64,000 nt of DNA from Candidatus Levyibacteriota bacterium (GTDB lineage: Bacteria; Patescibacteriota; Microgenomatia; Levybacterales; UBA12049): assembly GCA_016182235.1 (NCBI GenBank), contig JACOXT010000003.1, forward strand, positions 2,209-66,208, in the 5' to 3' direction. The notes below the pieces were generated by a model. The model was not told the DNA's origin. It did no database searches and worked only from the letters and a program-made list of their open reading frames with translations. Position numbers and translations under genes: made by a program. Positions within the stretch are counted from its first letter, which is position 1; the number at the start of each line of letters is the position of its first letter. Shown piece by piece: positions 51,251 to 59,799 of this stretch.

Positions 51251-53006
51251 GTTTAAAAATCATCACTTTTGGATGGTCATAAACTGTAAAAGATTCATCG
51301 GCGCCTTGGTCATTAATTGGAATATTTAATAATGGGATTGTTGGATAGATGGCAAATTCAGCAACTTTTTTAAATCCTAACTCACTATTGAAAAGTCTTT
51401 CGTAATAATCTGCAGTTTGAGCATAACATCTTCCTGATGGAAGGTTATTGCAATTTGTTAATTTTTGTAAAGGTACATAAAGACGATTAGAAGCGACGAT
51501 GATATAGTCTGTTGTTTCAAGTTTCTGACTAATTCCTCCCCATTTTTCTTGCGTATCCGGATCATACAAAGGAAGACTTATTATATTATATTTTTCTCCT
51601 CCAAAAAGAGGAAGACCGTCGTCCCAATGTTCAATTGCTAATGTTTTTCCATTTGGTAGATTTTGGTTTATCCAATTTGAAGCTAAGACTCGAGTGTTGG
51701 GTTTGGTATAAATATTCATAAAGGATAAAGTCCAAAGCATTACAGAAGTATAAAGTATTAAGTATAAAGTATTAAGTATAGATTTGTTCTTTATAAAAGA
51801 TTTAAGTTTTGGATTAATTAAATTTACTGCAAATATAGCTGCAAAAAGACAGAACAGTGGATAGAGGGGGAGCATGTAGCGCATCCAGCCAACTGCAAAT
51901 TTCCCAACGATGAAAAAATAGGTAAAAAGAAAAACGAGAAGGATTAGTTTTTGATTCCATTTTCTGTCCACCTCGGAGGAGTCGAAGTCGTTGCTTCGCC
52001 ACCATCCGAGGTGTTTACGTATTGAACTAAAACTAATATATACGATCCCCAAAAGAGAAAGTGTCGCAAGCAAGGGTCCTTGGCCCCAGAGGAATACATT
52101 TTTTAATTCATGGAAATATGGGATTTTGCCGACGTACTGCAAGGTGTATGGAAATGTAAAGGCGTCGTATGTCATCTGCCGCTGCTGCATGCTTTGACGC
52201 CAAAATTCTTGAAAATCAATAATTGCGTAAGGTTGGAGAATAACAAACGTAATAATGGTCGCAACTGCAATTGTAATTCCATCGAAAATGAGCCGTTTAA
52301 GAAATCTAGGAATATGCGGAAACCAGATATGGGGCTTATGAGGTTGTTTTATGAAAATAAGTATAAAATCAACAGTAATGGCGACAAGAATTGCGATGAT
52401 AAGAGGAATAGCGCTTATTTTTGTTACTAATGATAATCCAAAAAATACCCCGACCAAAATTGCGTTGGGGAAAGAAGGCTTCTCGTAAAATCTTAGCAAT
52501 TGATAAAGAGTAAGTAGAATAAAAAATGTCAATAGAGTATCAACAGCATAAAAATGCGCTGCTTGAATTGGGAATACGGAAATTGCATAGAAAAAAGAAG
52601 CAATAAGCCCTGCGGTTTGGTTCATGAGTTTTTTCGTAAGTATGAAAACTACAAAAATAGTTCCAATGTCGGCGATCGCCGAAATAGCTCTTCCAACTAG
52701 ATTTATTTTTTCGTACGAGATGTATAAAGGATCAAAATTTGCTAAAAAAGAGGCGACAGCTTTAAGAAGATAAAGTGGAAAATTCCCATAGGCAAAAAAA
52801 TGAGGATTTAAAGGACTTGATGGGCTTAAAAATTCATCGAAACTTTTGGGAAATTCTATAGGTGTTGCAAACATGACAATTGCCCGTTCATCCGGATGCA
52901 GGTGGTGGGCTTGGTCCCAGTTAATGCCATAAAATCTTAGAAGTCCTCCTATAACAATTATTGTGAGTAAATACAACAAGTGTGGTTTTTTAAATAAAGT
53001 CATCAT
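51234..53006 (-). CDS. GT-C fold membrane glycosyltransferase (GT39-like), paralogue 2
   Basis: 590 aa. The first loop is HLHPDERAIV and the C-terminus is ESFTVYDHPKVMIF. It is a paralogue of 53087-54847. Confidence 0.6.
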   Translation of the reverse strand: MMTLFKKPHLLYLLTIIVIGGLLRFYGINWDQAHHLHPDERAIVMFATPIEFPKSFDEFLSPSSPLNPHFFAYGNFPLYLLKAVASFLANFDPLYISYEKINLVGRAISAIADIGTIFVVFILTKKLMNQTAGLIASFFYAISVFPIQAAHFYAVDTLLTFFILLTLYQLLRFYEKPSFPNAILVGVFFGLSLVTKISAIPLIIAILVAITVDFILIFIKQPHKPHIWFPHIPRFLKRLIFDGITIAVATIITFVILQPYAIIDFQEFWRQSMQQRQMTYDAFTFPYTLQYVGKIPYFHELKNVFLWGQGPLLATLSLLGIVYISFSSIRKHLGWWRSNDFDSSEVDRKWNQKLILLVFLFTYFFIVGKFAVGWMRYMLPLYPLFCLFAAIFAVNLINPKLKSFIKNKSILNTLYLILYTSVMLWTLSFMNIYTKPNTRVLASNWINQNLPNGKTLAIEHWDDGLPLFGGEKYNIISLPLYDPDTQEKWGGISQKLETTDYIIVASNRLYVPLQKLTNCNNLPSGRCYAQTADYYERLFNSELGFKKVAEFAIYPTIPLLNIPINDQGADESFTVYDHPKVMIFKREISY

Positions 53007-53086
53007 TAATTTATAATTTTAAATTTACAATTTTCATTGAATTTTCAATTACTTAATTTTCAAATTTCAAATTGAAATTTTTTAGA
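53007..53086. repeat. AT-rich heptamer-periodic array with 17-nt perfect palindrome
   Basis: It fills the gap between two GT-C genes. aatttcaaattgaaatt at 53063-53079 is a perfect palindrome. The tttcaaatttc..aaattgaaa core is shared with 28755-28785. Confidence 0.65.
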
Positions 53087-54847
53087 TTAAATCTCGAGGA
53101 ATCTTGCATATTCTTCTCTGTTTAATTGTTTCTTTTTCTCAAAAGTCCTAATAACTGGGTGGTCAAAAACGCTCCATGTTTCCTCAGCTCCTTCGTCGGG
53201 AAACTCTATATTAAATCCAAATAAAGACAATTTTGGATACGAATGGAATTCTTCGATTTGTTCAAAGCCCAGTTGTCCATTAAATAACGCGTCGTAGAAT
53301 CGCGCGGTTTTTGGATAAAGGTTCCGGAGCCTCTGATGATTGTAGAATATTCGTCTGCTTTGTACAAGAAAATAATCTGATGAGTATAAAGCGTCGACAA
53401 CTTTTTCTCTTATTGAGGAATTTTCCTCTAAGGCATAAAAATCAATCGATGTCCGCTGAAAGTTTCCATGAAGAGGCAAATCAACAGTGTTGCCTCCCTC
53501 TACTAAAAAATTTGAATCTGGTTTGACATGAGATTCAAGCCATTTGGATGCAGTTATACGAATATCCGGATTTGTATAGACTGAAAAAAAAGCCATTGCC
53601 CAAAGCATTGTGAATAAGATTATTATAGCTGTTGCTAAATAAGTAAAAACTTTCATTTTGTTTGTCAGCTCATATAGGAAATAGGCTGCAAATATAGAAA
53701 AAAATGGAAATGTTGGAGCAATAAACCTAGTCCATTTCGCAAACAGGAAAGCGCTGGGAATAAATAGGGAAAGAAATGCAACTATAAGAAGGACATAAAT
53801 TGTTTTATTGTTAAATTGCTTCATTGTTTCATTACTAACTTCTCTACTACTCGTATGTGGAGAAACGCTTGAATGATATAAAATTTTAATGGCTTTTATG
53901 ACAAGATGGATAAACCCTAAGACTCCAAATATAAAAAGACTAGGCCCTAAGGCGTAAGGAAAAATCTTCTCAAATTGAAATAAAACCGGAGCAGTGTCAA
54001 TAAATTGCCTTGTGTAGAAAACTGAGATTTTTCCAATAGCCAGTCCTCCTTCATAATCTAGGTTTGATTTGAAGGCTTGGTAGTCAAGAAAAACATATTG
54101 TGCCACAAGGGCAAAGGTAACAACAGCAACGATCAGACTTATTAGTATTAATCCGATAAATTTTAATATAGATCTAAAAGTGCTTTTTAAGCGCGAAGAG
54201 TTTCTAGAATATGATTTAAGTAGAATTGCTACTGTTAACGGAAAAAGAAAAACTATAGAGCTTATCTTTACTCCTAGGGAAAACCCTAAAGCAATAGAAG
54301 TTGATACTAGATAGAGAATTATATTATATCTAATAAATTTCATCATAAAAAAAAGAGATAGGAATAGAAAGAAGATTAGCGCTGACTCAGGAGTGGCAAA
54401 ATGAGCTTGCTGGATGAGTCCAGGAGTAAGAACGACAAAAAAAGCTGCAAGATACGAAAATCGCTTGTTCATTAAGACTCTTGAGATCTTATAGATGAGT
54501 AGAATAGTTAGGGTAGAAAATAATGCAGAATAAAACCGACCTATCAGGAAAGAGCTAGGAACTATAAACTGCGAACTAAGAACTGAGGACGCGGATTTTA
54601 ATAACTCTTGCGTAAAATAAATTAAATAGATTGTTACTGTTCCATACGAGAAAAAATGCGGATGCATTTGAGACGGGTATGATAGCTGATTAACAGCGGA
54701 TACGATATGATATTCATCGGGATGACTGTACAATCCTTCTCCCCAATCGAGTTTATAGAAACGAAGAATTCCGCTAAAAGCTACAAGGAGGATTAATAAA
54801 ATATATATCTCGTATCTTTTAAAGAATTGCATGATCGCAATAGCCAA
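53087..54847 (-). CDS. GT-C fold membrane glycosyltransferase (GT39-like), paralogue 3
   Basis: 586 aa. The first loop is YSHPDEYHIV and the C-terminus is ETWSVFDHPVIRTF. Confidence 0.6.
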   Translation of the reverse strand: MAIAIMQFFKRYEIYILLILLVAFSGILRFYKLDWGEGLYSHPDEYHIVSAVNQLSYPSQMHPHFFSYGTVTIYLIYFTQELLKSASSVLSSQFIVPSSFLIGRFYSALFSTLTILLIYKISRVLMNKRFSYLAAFFVVLTPGLIQQAHFATPESALIFFLFLSLFFMMKFIRYNIILYLVSTSIALGFSLGVKISSIVFLFPLTVAILLKSYSRNSSRLKSTFRSILKFIGLILISLIVAVVTFALVAQYVFLDYQAFKSNLDYEGGLAIGKISVFYTRQFIDTAPVLFQFEKIFPYALGPSLFIFGVLGFIHLVIKAIKILYHSSVSPHTSSREVSNETMKQFNNKTIYVLLIVAFLSLFIPSAFLFAKWTRFIAPTFPFFSIFAAYFLYELTNKMKVFTYLATAIIILFTMLWAMAFFSVYTNPDIRITASKWLESHVKPDSNFLVEGGNTVDLPLHGNFQRTSIDFYALEENSSIREKVVDALYSSDYFLVQSRRIFYNHQRLRNLYPKTARFYDALFNGQLGFEQIEEFHSYPKLSLFGFNIEFPDEGAEETWSVFDHPVIRTFEKKKQLNREEYARFLEI

Positions 54848-54881
54848 GTATTCTAATTAGATTTAGAAAAAGTTGCAATTT

Positions 54882-56207
54882 TCATAGGAATTTTCTTGAG
54901 GCAGTAAGTAGAAATAATATTACACCGACAATGGTTATCGCAAAAGCCAAGATGCCAAAAAACAGAATATTTGGATCGCCGGTTGGCGGAATTTGATTTA
55001 TTAAGACAGTATCTGGTGTTGGGGTAGGCGTTGGCGTAGCGGTTGGAGTAATCGTGACAGAGATGGATTCAAGTGACTTAGGCGTAGGAGTTGGATCTGT
55101 TTCTGCATATACAATAAACGATTGAGTTATGGTTTTGATTGCTCCAAACGCATCTTTTGTTTGGATGGTGAAAGTATGAGATCCAGGAGTTAAACTTTCT
55201 CCCGGAACAAATACCCAATTTCCGTTGCTATCAGCTGTAATCTCTGCGGTTATAGCATGAGACGAGTGGATGGTGATATTAACTTTCTCATTGGGTAATG
55301 ATTTACCGCGAAATTCAGGTTGCGGATCAGAAAAGGTCTCACCTTTTTCTGGAGTCAAAATTACAGGAGTATGTGTTGCAGCGTTTTTCAAGAGAGCGGG
55401 GGAAGGAAGGACTTCTCGAAATCCTCCTATACCTCCCGAGGCTGTTGCGGTTGGAAAACTGTTATCTAAAGTGAAATCAAAGTCATTGGGCAAACTTATT
55501 GTTGGGAGAGGATTTGTCTTGGAATACGAACTAAGAACGCGTGAAATAAAAAAATCATTAACAAACGTTATCTTTATATTAGGATCCTTATCGAGGCTGA
55601 ATGGGGTAGATAGGTCATCTGAACGAAGAGAATCTAACTGAAAAATAAAACTCCCATCGTTATTAACTAGGGTAGACAATGTTTGTGCTCCTAGAATTGT
55701 CAAATAAGCAATTGTCGTTGTTGGAATACTTGCGTTTGGAAGAATGACTCTGCCGCTTATCGAAGTCTGTGTGGTAGAGGGAGAGATACTTGGTCCGGTA
55801 GTTACCTCAAATGGCGCATTATTATTTAGAAATGTGGTTTGTCCGGAATTAATTACATAGTAATATTTCGTATTTGAGGTAAGATTTTTTAACGTTGTAG
55901 AGTGAATTATACGAGGAGAAATTGTACCTTTTTCGCGGTCTAAATCTTCTATTTCTGTGAATCCAAGATTTATATCTTTACCAAAGCTTATTGTACCCGT
56001 AATACTTTCCTCCGTTGTATAGGAGATATTAAAAGATGTGTCAGAAGTATTGGTTATTGTTATGTTTTGAGGATCCTCTGTGGTTATAGCGCTACTTTTG
56101 AAAATGGTTCTATCTCTTATGAAAAATGACATGAGGATTACACTAAACGCTACTAAACTAATTCCCAAAAGTGTTGGAATACGTTTGTCCAATAGTCTAT
56201 TGATCAT
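54882..56207 (-). CDS. Cell-surface protein with FN3/Ig-like domains and C-terminal sortase-type sorting signal (IPPTG)
   Basis: It has an N-terminal signal anchor, beta-rich repeats and a PT linker. It ends with IPPTGD, then a 22-aa hydrophobic segment, then the basic tail SRKFL. Confidence 0.55.
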   Translation of the reverse strand: MINRLLDKRIPTLLGISLVAFSVILMSFFIRDRTIFKSSAITTEDPQNITITNTSDTSFNISYTTEESITGTISFGKDINLGFTEIEDLDREKGTISPRIIHSTTLKNLTSNTKYYYVINSGQTTFLNNNAPFEVTTGPSISPSTTQTSISGRVILPNASIPTTTIAYLTILGAQTLSTLVNNDGSFIFQLDSLRSDDLSTPFSLDKDPNIKITFVNDFFISRVLSSYSKTNPLPTISLPNDFDFTLDNSFPTATASGGIGGFREVLPSPALLKNAATHTPVILTPEKGETFSDPQPEFRGKSLPNEKVNITIHSSHAITAEITADSNGNWVFVPGESLTPGSHTFTIQTKDAFGAIKTITQSFIVYAETDPTPTPKSLESISVTITPTATPTPTPTPDTVLINQIPPTGDPNILFFGILAFAITIVGVILFLLTASRKFL

Positions 56208-56542
56208 GGCAGTTCTTCTTGAGATGACTCTTCCGTATCTAGGTCAATATTCCCTGAAGAAGTTGCAACAGGAGAGGGAGTTGGCGTTTCAATAGCTGAT
56301 TCAAAGATGGGATTAACTGGTTTTCTTTTCTTAAGCTCATCAAGAGCTTTAGTATCAAAATTAGGATCTATGGGCAAGATCTCTTGGGCGGTAAGCTCAG
56401 ATATGGTAGATTTGTTTAAATTATGATATACGTTTCCTCCCACCCAAACTATAACAATGATTAGTAGTAAAACCAAAATTACAATTAATTTATTTTGTTT
56501 CATAAAATTATTCTTTAAAAAATGCGATTGCGTTAACATCAA
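56204..56542 (-). CDS. Hypothetical single-TM protein (pilus-operon associated)
   Basis: 112 aa. It overlaps both flanking genes, by 4 bp with the downstream gene (56204-56207) and 35 bp with the upstream gene (56508-56542). Confidence 0.4.
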   Translation of the reverse strand: MMLTQSHFLKNNFMKQNKLIVILVLLLIIVIVWVGGNVYHNLNKSTISELTAQEILPIDPNFDTKALDELKKRKPVNPIFESAIETPTPSPVATSSGNIDLDTEESSQEELP

Positions 56543-57128
56543 GGTCTAAGGACGAATTGCCTTGAGTTGCGGATCTTTCTACAGATAACACGTCAACGCT
56601 GACTATTCTTTTCATGCTTGAAAGGTCTGAGATAAATCGATTTATGTCCTCATAGGTTCCATTTCCTGCTATGGAGAATGTAAAAGAATAGTATTTTTTG
56701 TCTATTTTCTTGTCGTTGAAAAGTTCTACTTCAAAGTTTTGAATTTTTTTTATGTGAATATTGGAATCCAAAGCGATAGATTGTACCTGCGCGGTGAGAA
56801 GAGGAACATCTGCTTTTTTAGGCAAGGACTCAAATACAATTGGAAGGTCTTCTTGTAAAGTGGCGTATTGCACTTTAAGTCTATTGATATCTCCTATTTT
56901 TTGATTTAATTGGTTGTTGACAAACTCATTATCTTTAATTTCCTTTCTAAGTTTTGCAATGGTTGAAAATGTCGGATTCAAAGCGAAAGTACCAAAAAAT
57001 GATAAAGCAAAAAGGGTTAACATAATACCCGTTATCTTTTGCGCTTTTTCCTCCTTAAAAAAAGGTAACGAGCTTAGGTATTTATCCTTAAGGGTATCTT
57101 CGCCTTTATTACGTAATGCCATAGTCAT
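56508..57128 (-). CDS. PilO-like type IV pilus assembly protein
   Basis: The organisation (TM helix, coiled coil, then a ferredoxin-like C-terminal half) and the position after a PilN-like gene fit PilO. No sequence-level search was done. Confidence 0.45.
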   Translation of the reverse strand: MTMALRNKGEDTLKDKYLSSLPFFKEEKAQKITGIMLTLFALSFFGTFALNPTFSTIAKLRKEIKDNEFVNNQLNQKIGDINRLKVQYATLQEDLPIVFESLPKKADVPLLTAQVQSIALDSNIHIKKIQNFEVELFNDKKIDKKYYSFTFSIAGNGTYEDINRFISDLSSMKRIVSVDVLSVERSATQGNSSLDLDVNAIAFFKE

Positions 57129-57655
57129 TTAAATAAAGCTGTGATTGCAACAGATATTCCTACATTTGGTATATTCTCCACGTTATCTAGGCTTAGAGAT
57201 TTAGTTTGTGGATAGTTTCTAAGGGAATTTACAAATTCGGTTAAAGATGATACGGACAAAACATCTAAATCTATAGTCGCTTGATCATGTTTTAGGGATA
57301 GCTCTTTGAGCTTTAAGTCTTCGGGGGTGAAACTGACGATATCTTGAAAGCTTTTGTACACTTTGGCGCCATCCTTAGAAAAGTTGGACGCTAAAGAAAG
57401 TCGATCTTGTAGATTTCTGAAATTTTCTTCATCTTTTTTTAGGAGCGACAGTTGAGCTTGTTTTTGTCTTATTTCTCCATGGAGACGGACAAGCTTTTCA
57501 TCTAAGGAGAACCTATAAAGGAATGTTGCTATTGCAATTATTTCGGTAATAATAACAATCAAACGGCCTACACTTAAGGCCCAATCTATAAATTTGTCAA
57601 GAAAAGCTGGTTCTTTTTTTTTGACTAAATTTATAGAGGCAGAAGTATTTTCCAT
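57125..57655 (-). CDS. PilN-like type IV pilus assembly protein
   Basis: A short N-terminus (INLVKKK), a TM helix and a coiled coil fit PilN. It overlaps the PilO-like gene by 4 bp. Confidence 0.45.
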   Translation of the reverse strand: MENTSASINLVKKKEPAFLDKFIDWALSVGRLIVIITEIIAIATFLYRFSLDEKLVRLHGEIRQKQAQLSLLKKDEENFRNLQDRLSLASNFSKDGAKVYKSFQDIVSFTPEDLKLKELSLKHDQATIDLDVLSVSSLTEFVNSLRNYPQTKSLSLDNVENIPNVGISVAITALFK

Positions 57656-57715
57656 GACAAATTTAGTGTAAGCGTTTTTCCCAGCTTTGTCAAAGACCTT
57701 TTTGGAGTTGAGCTT

Positions 57716-58015
57716 TTAAATTTTGGTTTTTTTTGTCTTAGCGGTCACATTTTTCTGTCTTTCTTGAGTTCGGACTCCTTTTTTAGTCAGAAGTTTTGAT
57801 AATCTTGATTTAAGTCTTGAGGCTTTATTTTTATGAATTATGCCTTTTTTTGCACTTTTGTCAATAATACTTATTGCTTCCTGAATATTTTTTTGAGATG
57901 TCAATTTTTCGGCCTTTTTAATAGACGAGTTTAGAATTCTTTCAAGCCTCTCATTTAAAATTTTTCTTTTTTTATCAGCTCGCAGCTTTTTCTTAGCTGA
58001 TTTAATTATTGGCAT
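57716..58015 (-). CDS. rpsT: 30S ribosomal protein S20
   Basis: MPIIKSAKKKLRADKKRK.. and a basic helical 99-aa protein. Confidence 0.85.
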   Translation of the reverse strand: MPIIKSAKKKLRADKKRKILNERLERILNSSIKKAEKLTSQKNIQEAISIIDKSAKKGIIHKNKASRLKSRLSKLLTKKGVRTQERQKNVTAKTKKTKI

Positions 58016-58021
58016 TGTGAC

Positions 58022-58050
58022 ATTTTATCATGCTATACTTGTAAATACAA
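58022..58050 (-). promoter_or_regulatory. Putative rpsT promoter (TTGTAT-N17-TAAAAT) 6 nt from the ATG
   Basis: The minus strand reads ttgtat-ttacaagtatagcatga-taaaat-gtcaca-ATG, which implies a leaderless or near-leaderless mRNA. Confidence 0.4.
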
Positions 58051-58051
58051 T

Positions 58052-59716
58052 ATGCCCCAAAACCTTATAAGGAAAAGCATTGGCATCCTACTTGCCCGCC
58101 AAACAAATATTTTGTCCGCAGCTTTTATAATTATGACAACCATTATTCTCTCTCAGATGCTGGGTCTTGTGAGGCAAAGATTATTAGTTGGTATTTTTGG
58201 AGCTTCTAATACTTTAGGCGTTTACCTTGCTTCATCAAGGTTACCTGACCTTTTATTCCAGCTTATTGTGGCTTCTGCGTTGGTTTCGTCTTTTATTCCA
58301 GTTTTCTCGGATTATCTTTCAAAAAACAAGAGTGATGAGGCACATAAAATGGCATCCAGTCTTTTGGCAATTGGACTCGTAATCTTCTTCATTTTATCAA
58401 TCTTCCTTTTTGTTTTGGCACCGTTCTTCCTTCAAATTTTTAATCTTGGGTCTGGTTTCTCTGCCTCTCAAATGGCTCTCATGGCGGATTTAATGAGAAT
58501 AGTTATTTTGGGACAATTAGTGTTTATTATAGGAACATTTTTCTCAGCTCTTCTTCAATCGTACAATCATTTTTTTATTGCCGGAATTGCCGCGGTTTTC
58601 TATAATGTAGGAATTATTACTGGAATATTGCTTTTTTCTCGATCATTTGGCATCTTTGCGCCGGCTTACGGAATGATTATAGGGGCACTTCTTTTTATCT
58701 TGATTCAATTTCCTATGATCAGAAAAGTTGGATTTACCTTTAAGCCGACACTTTCTTTCGAGGTTCCGGGAGTCATGCACGTAATTAGGCTAATGTGGCC
58801 AAGAACTCTAACGCTTTCGGTTTTTCAACTGGGAACTCTTGCAACAGTTACTTTAATATCTTTTTTGTCTAATCCTGGCCGAAATTACGTTATTTTTGAT
58901 TATGCACAAACTCTTGCTTTTGCGCCAGTTGCTCTTTTTGGCCAGGCAATAGCGCAGGCTGCTTTTCCGGTTTTATCTCGTGAGAAAGAAAAGATGGAAG
59001 AATTCAAATTAACTTTTATAACGAGCTTCAACCAAATGCTTTATATAGTTTTACCCATCTCAGTACTTTTTCTTGTTCTTAGGATTCCTATCGTTAGGTT
59101 GATTTATGGAGCGTCCCTTTTCGATTGGCAAGCAACTGTACTTACAGGTAAAATGCTTGCTCTTTTTAGTATATCTATTTTTGCGCAATCTCTTATAGCC
59201 CTTATTTCTCGTGGATTTTATGCTCTGTTTGATACAAAGACTCCTCTTATTATAGGTACATTCACTACCGTCTTTTTTCTATGTGCTGGCTATATTTCTG
59301 TTTTGGTATTCAAATTGGGGGTTGAAAGTATTGCAGTTTCGTATTCCATAGGAGCAATTTTAAATCTAGTTATTTCTTTGCTTATTTTTTATAAAAAGAT
59401 AGGCGGATTCGGGGGAATTCAGTTATTTTTTCCGGTGTTTAAGATTTTTTTGGCCTCTTTTCTTACAGGTATCGCGCTTTATGTACCAATAAAGCTTCTT
59501 GATCAATTGGTATTTGATACTACTCGTACTATAAATTTAATATTCTTGACTGGTATATCAAGTTTGAGCGGATTAATTTTATACCTTTTTCTCACCTGGG
59601 CCTTTAATGTTAAAGAGGCTAAGACATTTTTATTGATCTTTAGAAAAATTGGAAATTGGAAAGAGATACTAAGCAGAAGCGATGAGATAATTGACGGCGC
59701 CCGCCTTAACCCTTAA
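58052..59716 (+). CDS. murJ: Lipid II flippase MurJ
   Basis: LGLVRQRLLVGIFGAS..LG.YLA.SRLPDLLFQLIV.SAL.SSFIPVFS is present. 554 aa with about 14 TM helices. Confidence 0.8.
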   Translation: MPQNLIRKSIGILLARQTNILSAAFIIMTTIILSQMLGLVRQRLLVGIFGASNTLGVYLASSRLPDLLFQLIVASALVSSFIPVFSDYLSKNKSDEAHKMASSLLAIGLVIFFILSIFLFVLAPFFLQIFNLGSGFSASQMALMADLMRIVILGQLVFIIGTFFSALLQSYNHFFIAGIAAVFYNVGIITGILLFSRSFGIFAPAYGMIIGALLFILIQFPMIRKVGFTFKPTLSFEVPGVMHVIRLMWPRTLTLSVFQLGTLATVTLISFLSNPGRNYVIFDYAQTLAFAPVALFGQAIAQAAFPVLSREKEKMEEFKLTFITSFNQMLYIVLPISVLFLVLRIPIVRLIYGASLFDWQATVLTGKMLALFSISIFAQSLIALISRGFYALFDTKTPLIIGTFTTVFFLCAGYISVLVFKLGVESIAVSYSIGAILNLVISLLIFYKKIGGFGGIQLFFPVFKIFLASFLTGIALYVPIKLLDQLVFDTTRTINLIFLTGISSLSGLILYLFLTWAFNVKEAKTFLLIFRKIGNWKEILSRSDEIIDGARLNP

Positions 59717-59799
59717 GTCAGGGTATTGTCAAGCGAGACAAATAGAATCGTGTATTATATATAGTAATTGTTATTATTATAATAATAACTCTAATTTAG

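Noticed and set aside
23438-54595. Possibility that the short tandem repeat arrays are CRISPR arrays.
   Set aside because: The units are 7-8 nt and contiguous, with no spacers. There are no 25-40-nt direct repeats separated by unique sequence, and no cas genes in the window.
54990-55100. ggtgttggggtaggcgttggcgtagcggttgg periodic DNA as another repeat-family member.
   Set aside because: This is simply the coding sequence of a Pro/Thr (PTPTPTATPT) linker in the surface protein. Its period is 6 nt, so it is not related to the heptamer families.
59725-59745. cttgacaa (on the minus strand) after murJ as a promoter.
   Set aside because: It would fire antisense into the 3' end of murJ, and no acceptable -10 hexamer lies at 16-19 nt spacing.
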